Translations under genes and position numbers: made by a program
The notes under the pieces: model-generated
What the model saw: only the letters and a program-made list of their open reading frames with translations
Databases searched by the model: none
What the model was told of the DNA's origin: nothing
Part shown: positions 20,664-30,510 of the stretch, one piece after another
How positions within the stretch are numbered: the first letter of the stretch is position 1
Layout: the number at the start of each line of letters is the position of its first letter
NCBI GenBank assembly: GCA_963762255.1
Contig: CAVXKA010000002.1
Coordinates: 736,001-800,000 of the forward strand
From: Candidatus Eiseniibacteriota bacterium
GTDB lineage: Bacteria; Eisenbacteria; RBG-16-71-46; JABDJR01
Length of the DNA: 64,000 nt
Direction of reading: 5' to 3'

Positions 20664-21416
20664 TCAGCCGCCTAGCTTCTCCATGACGTCGTCGGAGACT
20701 TCGAAGTTGGCGAAGACCTTCTGCACGTCGTCGATCTCCTCGAGCGCCTCGAAGAACTTGAAGAACTTCTCCGCCTCGCTCTTGTTGAGCGCTTTCGTGG
20801 TCTTGGCCAGCCGCTCTATCCCCGCCTCCGCTACCGGGATCCCCTTCTTTTCCAGCCCGCTCAGCACGGCTTGAAAGTCCCCGGAGGAGGTGATGACCTC
20901 GTAGCGGTCTTCCGCCTCGGTGTTGACGTCCTCGGCGCCGACCTCCATCGCGGCCTCGAAGATGGCGTCCTCGGTCACCTGCGAGCGCTCGACGTAGACC
21001 ATGCCCTTCTGTTCGAACATGTAGGCCACCGACCCCACCGCTCCGAGGTTTCCGCCGTACTTGGTGAAGGCGTGGCGGATCTCGCTCGCGGCGCGGTTGC
21101 GGTTGTCGGTCACGGTCTCGGCAAGCACCGCCACCCCCGACGGGCCGTAGCCCTCGTAGAGGATTTCCTCGAAAATCGCCCCTTCCAGCTCCCCGGTGCC
21201 CTTCTTGATCGCGCGGTCGATGTTGTCCTTGGGCATGTTGGCCGCCTTGGCCGTGGCCACCGCGGTGCGCAGCCGCGGATTTCCCGCCTGATCACCGCCG
21301 CCCGCCCGGGCGGCAATGGTGATCTCCCGAATCAGCCGCGTGAACATCCGCCCGCGGGCGGCGTCCGTAGCGCCCTTCTTGCGTTTGATGGTCGCCCATT
21401 TTGAGTGTCCGGACAT
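20664..21416 (-). CDS. yebC: YebC/PmpR family protein
   Basis: MSGHSKWATIKRKKG, NPRLR, YEGYGPSG, TDNRNR and DDVQKVFAN. Confidence 0.96.
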   Translation of the reverse strand: MSGHSKWATIKRKKGATDAARGRMFTRLIREITIAARAGGGDQAGNPRLRTAVATAKAANMPKDNIDRAIKKGTGELEGAIFEEILYEGYGPSGVAVLAETVTDNRNRAASEIRHAFTKYGGNLGAVGSVAYMFEQKGMVYVERSQVTEDAIFEAAMEVGAEDVNTEAEDRYEVITSSGDFQAVLSGLEKKGIPVAEAGIERLAKTTKALNKSEAEKFFKFFEALEEIDDVQKVFANFEVSDDVMEKLGG

Positions 21417-21422
21417 GGCTGG

Positions 21423-23507
21423 CTATTTCCCCTCGGTTTCCTCGCGGGCCGCCTTGGCCGCTGCGATGATGCGGTCGGCGGAGTCGCGCGGGATTTCCTC
21501 GTAGCTGCTGAAGGCGAGGGAGAAACGACCCCGCCCCTGAGTCATCGAACGCAACTGTGCGGAGTAGTGATAGAGCTCGGCCGCCGGGATCAGGGCCTTC
21601 ACGATCTGGCTGCGGCCATCGGGCGCCATCCCCAGAATGCGGCCGCGGCGCGAGCTCAAGTCGCCCATGATGTCGCCGGTGTAGTCCTCGGGGACGCGAA
21701 CCGACACCTCCATGATGGGCTCGAGCAGCACCGGACCGGCTTCCTGCATCAGCTTTTTGAAGGCCATGGAGCCGGCCACCTTGAACGCCATTTCGCTGGA
21801 GTCCACGCTGTGGTACGAGCCGTCGAAGAGAATCGCGCGGATGTCCACGACCGGATAGCCGGCGAGTTCGCCCTCGCGCATGGACTCGATCACGCCCTTC
21901 TCCACGGCCGGGATGTACTGGCGCGGGACCACGCCGCCCACGACGTTGTCCACGAACTCGAAACCGGTCCCGCGAGGAAGCGGCTCGAGCTTCAGCCACA
22001 CGTCACCGTACTGGCCGCGCCCGCCGGTCTGCTTCTTGTACCGGCCCTGGCCTTCCGCCTTGCGGGTGATGGCTTCCCGGAACGGCACCCGGGGCTTCTT
22101 CAGCTCGACCTCGACATGCTTGTCGCGCAGCTTGTCGAGGATCACCTCGAGGTGCAACTCACCCATCCCTCGCAAGAGCTGCTGGCGAAGCTCCGAGTCC
22201 ACCTCCAGGCGGGTCGTCGGATCCTCCTCCATGATCTTGTGCATCGCGATGCCGATCTTGTCCTCTTCACCCTTGTGCTTGGGGACGATGGCCTCCACCG
22301 CGAGCGGCTCCGGGAACACGGTCGGCGGCAAGACGTAGGACTTCCCCTTGTTTCCGAGGGTGTCGTTGGTGTGGGTGGCCTTGAGCTTCACGACCGCCGC
22401 GATATCGCCCGCCTCCAGCTTGCCCACTTCTTTCCGATCCCGCCCCTGGAGCAGGTAGATCTGGCCCAGCTTTTCCGAGTTGTTGCGCGTGGTGTTGTGC
22501 ACCTCGGTGCCGCTGGTGAACGTGCCCGAGTAGACGCGGATAAGGGACAGCTCTCCCAGATGGGGCTCGATCACGGTCTTGAACACCAGCGCGGCGGGGA
22601 CACCCCCGCTCTTGGGTTCGAGGATTTCCTCCGCGTCGTTCAGGATGGCCTTGACCCCCGGCCGATCCGCCGGCGAGGGGAAACAGACGACGAAGGCGTC
22701 GAGCATGCGGCGCACGCCGACGTTCATGACGGCACTTGCCACGACCGCGGGGTACACCCCTCCCTTGGCCACACCGAGGCGCAGCGCGGACAGGATCTCC
22801 TCCTGCGTGAGCTCTTCCCCTCCGAGGTACTTCTCGATGACGTTGTCGTCGAACTCCGCCACCGCCTCGATGAGCTTCTCGCGCGCGGACTGCGCGGCGC
22901 TCTTCAAGTCGGCGGGGATTTCCTCTTCCCGAGGCTCGTGGCCGGCGTCGGTGTAGACGTAGGCCTTCATCTTGAAGAGGTCGATGAGGCCCTTGAAGCT
23001 GGGTCCGCTGCCCAAGGGCAGCTGCAGCGGGACGACTTTCGGGGACAGGAGCTCCTGAGCCCCGGCGATGGCACGCGCGAAATCGGAGTGCTCCTTGTCC
23101 AGCATGTTGATGCACACCAGGGTAGGGATTCCCTGTTCCCGGGCCATCTGGAACGTGCGCTCGCTGCCGGCCTCCACGCCGGTCACGCCGTTCACCACCA
23201 GCAGGCAGTTGTCGGTGGCGCGCAACGCTGCCACCACCTCACCGGTGAAGTCGTCGTAGCCGGGGGTGTCGATGAGGTTGATCTTGCAGTCCCGCCACTC
23301 GCCGTAGCCTGTGGCCATCTGGATGGAGATCTTCCGTTTTTGCTCGGCGGCGGTGTAATCCATCGTTGTCGAGCCCGCATCCACGGACCCGATGCGGGAG
23401 ATGGACTTCATATCGAAGAGGATGGCGTCGGCAAGCGTCGTCTTCCCGCAGGTGCCGTGGCCGATCAAAGCAATGTTTCTCAGCTTGTCCGTGGGGTATT
23501 CCTTCAC
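21423..23507 (-). CDS. fusA: Elongation factor G paralog (EF-G2-like)
   Basis: Full five-domain EF-G (GMGELHL, KKQTGGRGQYG, DGSYHSVDSSEMAF) with divergent G-motifs GHGTCGKTT, RKISI and DTPGY. GTG start after GGAGG. Confidence 0.9.
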   Translation of the reverse strand: MKEYPTDKLRNIALIGHGTCGKTTLADAILFDMKSISRIGSVDAGSTTMDYTAAEQKRKISIQMATGYGEWRDCKINLIDTPGYDDFTGEVVAALRATDNCLLVVNGVTGVEAGSERTFQMAREQGIPTLVCINMLDKEHSDFARAIAGAQELLSPKVVPLQLPLGSGPSFKGLIDLFKMKAYVYTDAGHEPREEEIPADLKSAAQSAREKLIEAVAEFDDNVIEKYLGGEELTQEEILSALRLGVAKGGVYPAVVASAVMNVGVRRMLDAFVVCFPSPADRPGVKAILNDAEEILEPKSGGVPAALVFKTVIEPHLGELSLIRVYSGTFTSGTEVHNTTRNNSEKLGQIYLLQGRDRKEVGKLEAGDIAAVVKLKATHTNDTLGNKGKSYVLPPTVFPEPLAVEAIVPKHKGEEDKIGIAMHKIMEEDPTTRLEVDSELRQQLLRGMGELHLEVILDKLRDKHVEVELKKPRVPFREAITRKAEGQGRYKKQTGGRGQYGDVWLKLEPLPRGTGFEFVDNVVGGVVPRQYIPAVEKGVIESMREGELAGYPVVDIRAILFDGSYHSVDSSEMAFKVAGSMAFKKLMQEAGPVLLEPIMEVSVRVPEDYTGDIMGDLSSRRGRILGMAPDGRSQIVKALIPAAELYHYSAQLRSMTQGRGRFSLAFSSYEEIPRDSADRIIAAAKAAREETEGK

Positions 23508-23908
23508 GTCAACCTCCTGTCTCCCACCCAGTAGCAATCGCGGATCCGGGGAAGCCGGGCCGAGGGTACACGGGGCCAGGGGATGCCGGCGGTGGAGGCA
23601 CAGCCGGCGCCGGCGCCGTCGGGTCGAGGAGGCCGCAAGCGCGGATACGGCGGGCGCGCCACCCCCGGGGCAACCCGATTTCGTCTCTAACAACCAAAAG
23701 GCCCCGGTGGGGCCTCGGTTGCGCAGACGAAGGAGCCTATCACCGCGCCCCATCACGGTCAAGAAGGCCGATGCCCCCCAATCCCCCCCGGCACAAGGAG
23801 ATGGGGGGTCGTTTTCCTTGCCTTCCCCCCTCCCCGCGGCCTATGCTCTCTCACCTGCCGATCCTCTGCGATTCCGGCTTCCCGATCATGAAAAGGGAGA
23901 CGCCATCG

Positions 23909-24253
23909 ATGAAATTCAACTCGCGTCAGGTGGGTGACGTGGTCGTCTACGACCTCAAGGGAGGGTTGGAAGGCGGACCCGATACCTTTGCCATCAAGGA
24001 CGACGTCAAGAAACAGATGGAGCAGGGGCACCGCAAGTTCCTGCTGAATATGGACGGGGTGGACTACGTGAGTTCGACCGGGGTGGGGATCGTCGTTTCG
24101 GTCTACTCGAGCATCATGAGCGGGGGCGGCGCCATGAAGATCTCCAATGCGAATCAGCGCGTTTCCCGGGTCATGATGATCACGAAGCTGCTCGAGGTCT
24201 TCGATTCGTATTACAAGGAAGAGGAAGCAATCCAGGCGTTTCAGTCGGCCTGA
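23909..24253 (+). CDS. STAS domain anti-sigma factor antagonist
   Basis: LLNMDGVDYVSSTGVG; ITKLLEVF..Y..EEEAI. Confidence 0.9.
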   Translation: MKFNSRQVGDVVVYDLKGGLEGGPDTFAIKDDVKKQMEQGHRKFLLNMDGVDYVSSTGVGIVVSVYSSIMSGGGAMKISNANQRVSRVMMITKLLEVFDSYYKEEEAIQAFQSA

Positions 24254-24274
24254 GCATACGGGAGAGCGACAGCG

Positions 24275-24610
24275 ATGAAGTTCGGGATGGAAAAGCACGG
24301 CGATGTAGTGGTAATCGAGCTCAAGTCCTCGTTGGAAGGGGGCCCCGACACCTTCGATCTGAAGGATGAGGTCAAGGCGCGCCTGGGCGAGGGAACCCGC
24401 AAGTTCGTACTCGACATGGAGAAGGCCGGCTTCGTGAATTCCACCGGTATCGGGGTTGTGGTGGGCGCCTACTCGAGCATCAAGCACGCGGGCGGCCAGC
24501 TCCACATCTGCGGGATCAGCGATCGCGCCCGCCGCGCCTTCGTTGTCACCGGCGTCTGGCAGCTCTTCAGCGTGTTCGAGACACAGGACGAGGCGCTCAA
24601 GGGCTTCTAG
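24275..24610 (+). CDS. STAS domain anti-sigma factor antagonist (tandem paralog)
   Basis: VLDMEKAGFVNSTGIG; shares LEGGPDTF with the previous gene. Confidence 0.9.
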   Translation: MKFGMEKHGDVVVIELKSSLEGGPDTFDLKDEVKARLGEGTRKFVLDMEKAGFVNSTGIGVVVGAYSSIKHAGGQLHICGISDRARRAFVVTGVWQLFSVFETQDEALKGF

Positions 24611-24635
24611 GACTCCATCTCCACGGAGACCCCAC

Positions 24636-25457
24636 ATGCTGCACGCCACCTTCAGATTGACACTTCGATCCCTCGGTCTCTGCCTCCCGATGATGGCCGC
24701 GATGGCCCTCGCCGGGTCCGCGCCTGCCTGCGCGCTGGAGCCGGGCGAGTTCGATCCCGCGCCATTCGATTCCCTGCTCCAGACCTACGTCCGGGACGGG
24801 GCTGTCGACTACGCCGCCTGGAAGCAAGACGGGCTGACCTCGCTCGACCGCTTCCTCGACGACGCCGCCGCCCACGACCTCACCCAGCTCATGGGCAAGG
24901 AACCGCGCGCCGGATTCCTCATCAACGCGTACAACGCCTGGGCGATCCGGCAGATCGTGGCCGCCTACCCGGTCGAGCGCGTGCAGGACATTCCCGGCTT
25001 CTATGACGGCAACCGTCGCCGGATCGCGGGTGAGGACCGCTCGCTGGCAGAGATCGAGGCCGCGCTCGACGCGATCCTCCCCCACCAGCCGGACTACATC
25101 TTCGCGCTCTCGTCGGGAGCGGCGGACATGCCTGCACTGGCCGGCGAGGCCTATCGCTCGGACGCCTTCGTGTCCCGCATCCGCCGGGCCGCTTCGGCGT
25201 ACCTGACCGGGCCTCAGCCCGTCGTCTACGATCACGAGAAGAATGTCCTCCGCCTCCCTCCGCCGTTCCGCGGTCACGTGGAGCGGTTCCAGGCGCTCCA
25301 GCCGGGCCTGCAGGGGTTCCTTTCGCCCTACATTCCTCTGGCTGACCTGGTGGCTCTCCAGACCGACTCGCCGAAGCTCGAAATCGCCGAGTCTCTAGGC
25401 ACGCTTCGCAAGCCGCAGTCGGCGGCCCCCGGGGACAGCTCCGGGGCCGAGCGGTGA
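24636..25457 (+). CDS. DUF547-like secreted protein
   Basis: Signal peptide; FDSLLQTYVRDGAVDY, FLINAYNA and SLAEIE. Confidence 0.75.
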   Translation: MLHATFRLTLRSLGLCLPMMAAMALAGSAPACALEPGEFDPAPFDSLLQTYVRDGAVDYAAWKQDGLTSLDRFLDDAAAHDLTQLMGKEPRAGFLINAYNAWAIRQIVAAYPVERVQDIPGFYDGNRRRIAGEDRSLAEIEAALDAILPHQPDYIFALSSGAADMPALAGEAYRSDAFVSRIRRAASAYLTGPQPVVYDHEKNVLRLPPPFRGHVERFQALQPGLQGFLSPYIPLADLVALQTDSPKLEIAESLGTLRKPQSAAPGDSSGAER

Positions 25458-26636
25458 CCGGTTACCCCAGCGCCAGACGTCAAGCTCAACCCTCGCGGTC
25501 TGACCCGCTGGCGCAGCGGTCATCCCTGGATCTACCGCGGCGGGATCGAAATGGTCGAGGAGAGCACCGGTACCGAGCCGGTGGCACGTGTCCACGATCC
25601 CCGAGGGCGATTCCTCGGCCAGGCGCTCGTGAGCCGGGAATCCCAGATCACCCTGCGGTTCCTCACCCGCCGCGAAGAGCCGGTGGACGCCGATTTCATC
25701 GGTGATCGTCTCGCCCGCGCTGTGGCATTTCGCGACCGGCACCTGCCCGGACGGGACGCGGTGCGGCTTGTCTTTGGCGAGGCCGACGGCCTCCCCGGGC
25801 TGGTCGTGGATCGCTATGGCAAGCACCTCGCCGTGCAGTTCCTCGCCTGGGGAATGGATGCGTTGAGCGCGGACATCACCGAGGCGCTCCGGCGAATCGC
25901 GAACCCCGACTCCATCCTCGCCCGCAACGATCCCGCGGTGCGCGGCCTCGAGGGGCTCCCCCGCACGGTGACCCAGCTCTTCGGCGAGACACCCGACGCG
26001 GTGGCCTATCACGAGGGCGATCTCGCGCTCTCCGCCGATCTGCGGCGCGGCCAGAAGACCGGCGCCTTCCTGGATCAGGTCGAGAACCATGTCCTGGCCG
26101 GCCGCCTCGCGCACGGCAAGGTGCTCGACGTCTTCACGTACACCGGCGGCTTCGCCCTGGCCGCGGCGCGGGGCGCGGAGTCGGTGACCGCCGTGGACAC
26201 CTCGGCGGACGCCCTGCAGATCGCCCAAACGCAGGCCGCGCGGAACGGCTTGCAGAACGTGACCTTCACCGAGGCCAACGCCTTCGACTATCTCAAGGAT
26301 GCGGACCGGCGGAGCGATCGGTTCGACATGGTGATCCTCGACCCGCCCGCTTTCGCCAAGAACAAGGGCGAACTCGATGGCGCGCTGCGGGGCTACAAGG
26401 AGATCAACCTGCGGGCGATGAAGATCCTCGAGCCCGGTGGTATTCTCCTCACGTGCAGTTGTTCGTACCACCTGAGCGAGCAGCTCATGGACGAGGTGCT
26501 GGCCGCGGCCGCGGCCGACGCGCATCGCGCATTTCGAGTGCTCGAGCGGCGGCGTCAGGCGCCTGACCACCCCGTTTTGCTGGGCTTCCCCGAGAGCCTG
26601 TATCTGAAATGTCAGGTGCTGGAGCTTTTGGACTAG
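25454..26636 (+). CDS. RlmI-like class I SAM-dependent rRNA methyltransferase (probable frameshift at about 25475)
   Basis: GHPWIY (PUA domain), EADGLPGLVVDRY, GQKTGAFLDQ, VLDVFTYTGGF, ILDPPAF, TCSCS and YLK. Confidence 0.88.
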
Positions 26637-26652
26637 GACCCTGTCCCGGAGG

Positions 26653-27939
26653 TTGGCGGTGACGCAGGAGCCTTCCAAGGCCGAACGCGAAAAACTGATC
26701 TACGACTGGAACACGGCCGACGGCGCGCCGCGTCTGCCCGCGAGGCGGGTCACGCTGGACGATGAGTCCCTGCGCGACGGTTTGCAGTCCCCCTCGGTGA
26801 GCGATCCCCCCATCCAGGAAAAGATCCGCATCCTTCACCTCATGGAGGCCCTCGGTATCCAGTCCGCCGACATCGGGCTTCCCGCCGCCGGGCCTCGCGC
26901 CGCCGAGGACACGCTGGCGCTGGCGCGGGAGACCGTGGCCGGAAAGATGGCGCTTCATCCCAACGCCGCGGCGCGAACGCTGGTGAAGGACATCGAGCCC
27001 ATCGCCCGGATCAGCCAGCAGGCCGGATGCCCGATCGAAGTGGCCATGTTCGTGGGCTCGAGCCCGATCCGCTTCTACACGGAGAACTGGGAGCTCTCCA
27101 AGCTCCTCAAGCTGGTCGATGAAGCCGTGAGCTATGCGGTACGTGAAGAACTTCCGATCATGTTCGTGACCGAGGACACCACTCGCGCGACACCGGAGAC
27201 GATCAAGGCGCTCTACCAGACCGCAATTCGCGGCGGCGCCCACCGAATCGCCGTGGCCGACACCGCCGGACACGCCACCCCCGCCGGTGTGAGGGCCGTC
27301 ATCACCTATGTGCGCGAGATCTGCGAGCAGATCGAATACGACGTGATGATCGACTGGCACGGACACAACGATCGCGGCCTCGGCGTGGTCAATGCCGTTA
27401 CCGCCGCCCTGTGCGGGGCGGACCAGCTCCACGGCACCGCGCTCGGCATCGGGGAGCGCTGTGGCAACGCGGCCATGGACCAGATCCTGGTGAACCTCAA
27501 ACTCATGGGGCTCATCCACAACGATCTCTCGAGGTTGCAGGAGTACTGCGACGCGGTGGCGAAGGCGGTGGGGTTCCCCATCCCGGTCAACTACCCGATC
27601 GTGGGACGCGACGCGTTCCGCACGGCGACCGGAGTGCATGCCGCCGCGGTGCTCAAGGCGCGCCAGCGCGGCGACGTGTGGCTCGAGGACATGGTGTATT
27701 CCTCGGTGCCGGCCTACATGATCGGGCGCGAACAGGTGATCGAGATCGGGCCGATGAGCGGCCTGGCCAACGTCACGTACTGGCTCGACCGTCACGGCTA
27801 CACTACGGCGCCCGCCCTGGTCGATCGCATCTTCCGGGAAGCCAAGGCGGCCAAGGCCGTGCTCTCCGACGAGACCATCCATCGCCTCGCCCGCGAGGCG
27901 GGAGCCACCCGCGCGGATACGCCGTCCGCGAAGCAATGA
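26653..27939 (+). CDS. LeuA family DRE-TIM metallolyase (isopropylmalate/homocitrate/citramalate synthase-like), without a regulatory domain
   Basis: DESLRDGLQ, ADTAG, HGHNDRG, GIGERCGNA and GVHAAA. Confidence 0.88.
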   Translation: MAVTQEPSKAEREKLIYDWNTADGAPRLPARRVTLDDESLRDGLQSPSVSDPPIQEKIRILHLMEALGIQSADIGLPAAGPRAAEDTLALARETVAGKMALHPNAAARTLVKDIEPIARISQQAGCPIEVAMFVGSSPIRFYTENWELSKLLKLVDEAVSYAVREELPIMFVTEDTTRATPETIKALYQTAIRGGAHRIAVADTAGHATPAGVRAVITYVREICEQIEYDVMIDWHGHNDRGLGVVNAVTAALCGADQLHGTALGIGERCGNAAMDQILVNLKLMGLIHNDLSRLQEYCDAVAKAVGFPIPVNYPIVGRDAFRTATGVHAAAVLKARQRGDVWLEDMVYSSVPAYMIGREQVIEIGPMSGLANVTYWLDRHGYTTAPALVDRIFREAKAAKAVLSDETIHRLAREAGATRADTPSAKQ

Positions 27940-27944
27940 GGACC

Positions 27945-29651
27945 ATGAAATCACCCTGTTGGGTCCGGACGCTTCCGGCCGCGTGTTTCGCCGCCTTGTT
28001 CTTGGTCGCCTGTGCGCCTCGCGAAGAGGCTCCTCCCCCACCGCCGCGTTGGACGGCGCTGACTTCGGGAGCGGCCTACGACGGCGAAACCGACGTCGCC
28101 CCCGATTCGAGCTTCGTCGTGTTCGTGTCGACGCGGGACGGGGTGCGCGGGCTCTACCGGCTGGACGTGGGGAGTGGGGAGGTCACGGCCATCGCCAAGG
28201 CTGACGGGGCGATCTCGTCGCCCGCGATCTTCCCGGTCCGCCGAGTCGCCTATGTCGCAGCCAGGCGCATCGCCTACATCACGGGCGGGCGCCTCGCGAC
28301 CTGCTGGATGGACGGCACCAACCCGCGGACCTTCACAGAGTTGCCGCCGGGCTCCTCCCCCACCTGGAGCCCCGACGGCGCACGCGTCCTCTACGTGTCC
28401 ACCGACGGCGCCTTCATGCTGGCCGATGTCGAAGCCGGCACGGTTGCGCCGGCCGGGTGGCCCATTCCCGCCGACGCCTCCGAGCCGATGTGGAGCGCCA
28501 GCGGCACCGTGGTCTTCCGCGCGGGGCCGTCCGGCCATGGCGACATCTACGCGTTCGATCCCTCGCGGTCGGATCCGCCTCGGCGGGTGACCAGCACCCA
28601 GTGGGACGAGCGCGCACCCTACCTGCGCGACGGGCTGCTCGCGTTCACCGCCAACCCGGACGGCGCGTATCGGCCGTTCGCGCTGGCGATAGACGCGCGT
28701 GAAGGCACGGCTCCGGAGCGTCTCGGCCCGGCGCGCACGCACGCCATGGATCCGGTGGTCTGGCCCGGCGGCCAGTCGGTGCTGGTGAGCGAGGCGGGGG
28801 GATGGGCGATTCGGTTCCGCGCGGCCGCGGGCGGTGAGGTCTCGACAGCGGTCCCTCCGGATGCGGATCATCGGGATCCGGTTTTCGACGCAACGGCCAA
28901 GAACATCTTCTATACATCCGACGCGGACGGAAACGATGACATCTACGTGGTCGATCTGAGCGACAGCAACGTGGCCAACCTGACTACCAGCCTCGAGCGT
29001 GACCTGGGGCCCGATTTCTCGCCCGCCACGCATCGTCTGGTCTTCGTGGCCGAGCGCGAGGGCAACAGCGAAATCATGAGCATCGACGAGAGCGGCCTCG
29101 ATGAGCTCATCCTCGCCCCCAGTCCGGCGCAGGACGAGGAGCCGAGCTTCTCCCCCGACGGCACCCGCGTGGCCTTCGCCTCGAATCGGGCGGGGAGCTT
29201 CGACATCTGGATCGTGGATGCGGCCGGCGGCGAGCCCGTGCGAGTGACCACCGACGACCGCGGCGACGAGCGGCACCCGACCTGGATCGACGAGGGACGC
29301 GCGCTGATGTTCTCCGCCGACGGGAGTGGACGCTCGGGTCTGTGGAAGACCGTACTGGAAGGAGGCTCAGTGAGCCGCATGGCGGAAGACACCGAGAGCC
29401 TCTCCGCGGATTCGAACCCCTCGGCCTCCACCGACGGAACCCGCGTCGTATTCACGCGTACCGTCCGCGACGATGCCGACCTCTGGGTGCTGGATCTCGC
29501 CACGGGAAAGACGGCGCCCGCCATCGTCGACTCTCTCCAGAACGAAGACAACGGCGCTTTCAGCCCGGACGGTTCCACCCTGACGTATCAGGAGGGCGCC
29601 GCCCGCAACCTCGTGCGGTGGTATCTCGGTGTAGGACCGGCCGCCCGCTAG
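27945..29651 (+). CDS. TolB-like double beta-propeller (PD40 repeat) lipoprotein
   Basis: Lipobox LVAC; repeated P.[WF]SPDG...[FY].S motifs. Confidence 0.85.
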   Translation: MKSPCWVRTLPAACFAALFLVACAPREEAPPPPPRWTALTSGAAYDGETDVAPDSSFVVFVSTRDGVRGLYRLDVGSGEVTAIAKADGAISSPAIFPVRRVAYVAARRIAYITGGRLATCWMDGTNPRTFTELPPGSSPTWSPDGARVLYVSTDGAFMLADVEAGTVAPAGWPIPADASEPMWSASGTVVFRAGPSGHGDIYAFDPSRSDPPRRVTSTQWDERAPYLRDGLLAFTANPDGAYRPFALAIDAREGTAPERLGPARTHAMDPVVWPGGQSVLVSEAGGWAIRFRAAAGGEVSTAVPPDADHRDPVFDATAKNIFYTSDADGNDDIYVVDLSDSNVANLTTSLERDLGPDFSPATHRLVFVAEREGNSEIMSIDESGLDELILAPSPAQDEEPSFSPDGTRVAFASNRAGSFDIWIVDAAGGEPVRVTTDDRGDERHPTWIDEGRALMFSADGSGRSGLWKTVLEGGSVSRMAEDTESLSADSNPSASTDGTRVVFTRTVRDDADLWVLDLATGKTAPAIVDSLQNEDNGAFSPDGSTLTYQEGAARNLVRWYLGVGPAAR

Positions 29652-29676
29652 CGGAGTCCCCGGCGCTCGGCGGGCA

Positions 29677-30291
29677 TCAGCGATCGAAGTCGATGTAGTC
29701 CATCTGCTTCACGGAGCTGTTCATCGTCAGCTCCCAGAGCACGAAATCTCGCTCCCCACGGAACTTGGGGATCAACGCGAAGAACTCCTCGCGCCGCTGG
29801 TCCTGGTACGTCAACTGGACCTGGAAGGCATAGTCCCGGCTGAGTTCCATGGCTTCGCGGCCGATGATGGCTTGATCGAAAAGCCCGATCGGCATCTGCC
29901 CTTCGAAGTCGACCCGTCTGAGTTCGGAGAAGGGGATCGTAACCATCTCCTCGTACTGATCCCGATAGAACCCGTAGAAGGCATGGATGCCCCGGCGCCG
30001 GTTGAACTCGATTTCGAGCTTGTCCACGTAGATCTGCCCGCTGGAGGTGTAGATGGTTACGTTGAAGACGTCGCCGGGTTGGGTGACGACGGCCTCGGGG
30101 GGCTTTCCCGCCGGCGCGTTGCGATCGGTGACGCGCGGCGTGGGAGGGGCGCCCGAGCTTCCGCCTCCGCAACCGGCGAGGGCCGCGACGAGTCCGATCA
30201 GGCAGACCGCCGACGTCAGGGCGGCGAGGAGAGACAACGACATCCCGGCAATGCCGGGCGTTGCTCGGGGCATGCGGTCGTGTGCGATCAT
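29677..30291 (-). CDS. Hypothetical lipoprotein
   Basis: Hydrophobic stretch and LAGC lipobox, followed by a globular domain with coding-like codon usage; start follows GAGGTG. Confidence 0.7.
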   Translation of the reverse strand: MIAHDRMPRATPGIAGMSLSLLAALTSAVCLIGLVAALAGCGGGSSGAPPTPRVTDRNAPAGKPPEAVVTQPGDVFNVTIYTSSGQIYVDKLEIEFNRRRGIHAFYGFYRDQYEEMVTIPFSELRRVDFEGQMPIGLFDQAIIGREAMELSRDYAFQVQLTYQDQRREEFFALIPKFRGERDFVLWELTMNSSVKQMDYIDFDR

Positions 30292-30510
30292 CGGCACCTC
30301 CGGTTCACCCTCCGCCGCCGCGCGCAGCGCTTGAAGCCGCGTGCGGATGCCACCGGGGCCAGGCGGCGTCCGGAGGATACCAAGCGGGCCGGTGTCTAAC
30401 AACGCCGCGGCGTAGCCCGCGGCTGCTCGCGATGCCGGGCCCGTGATACGATTGCTGTCCCCCCTCGCGCACGCGACTCGGCAGTCGCACGACCTCCAAG
30501 GCGGTTTTCG

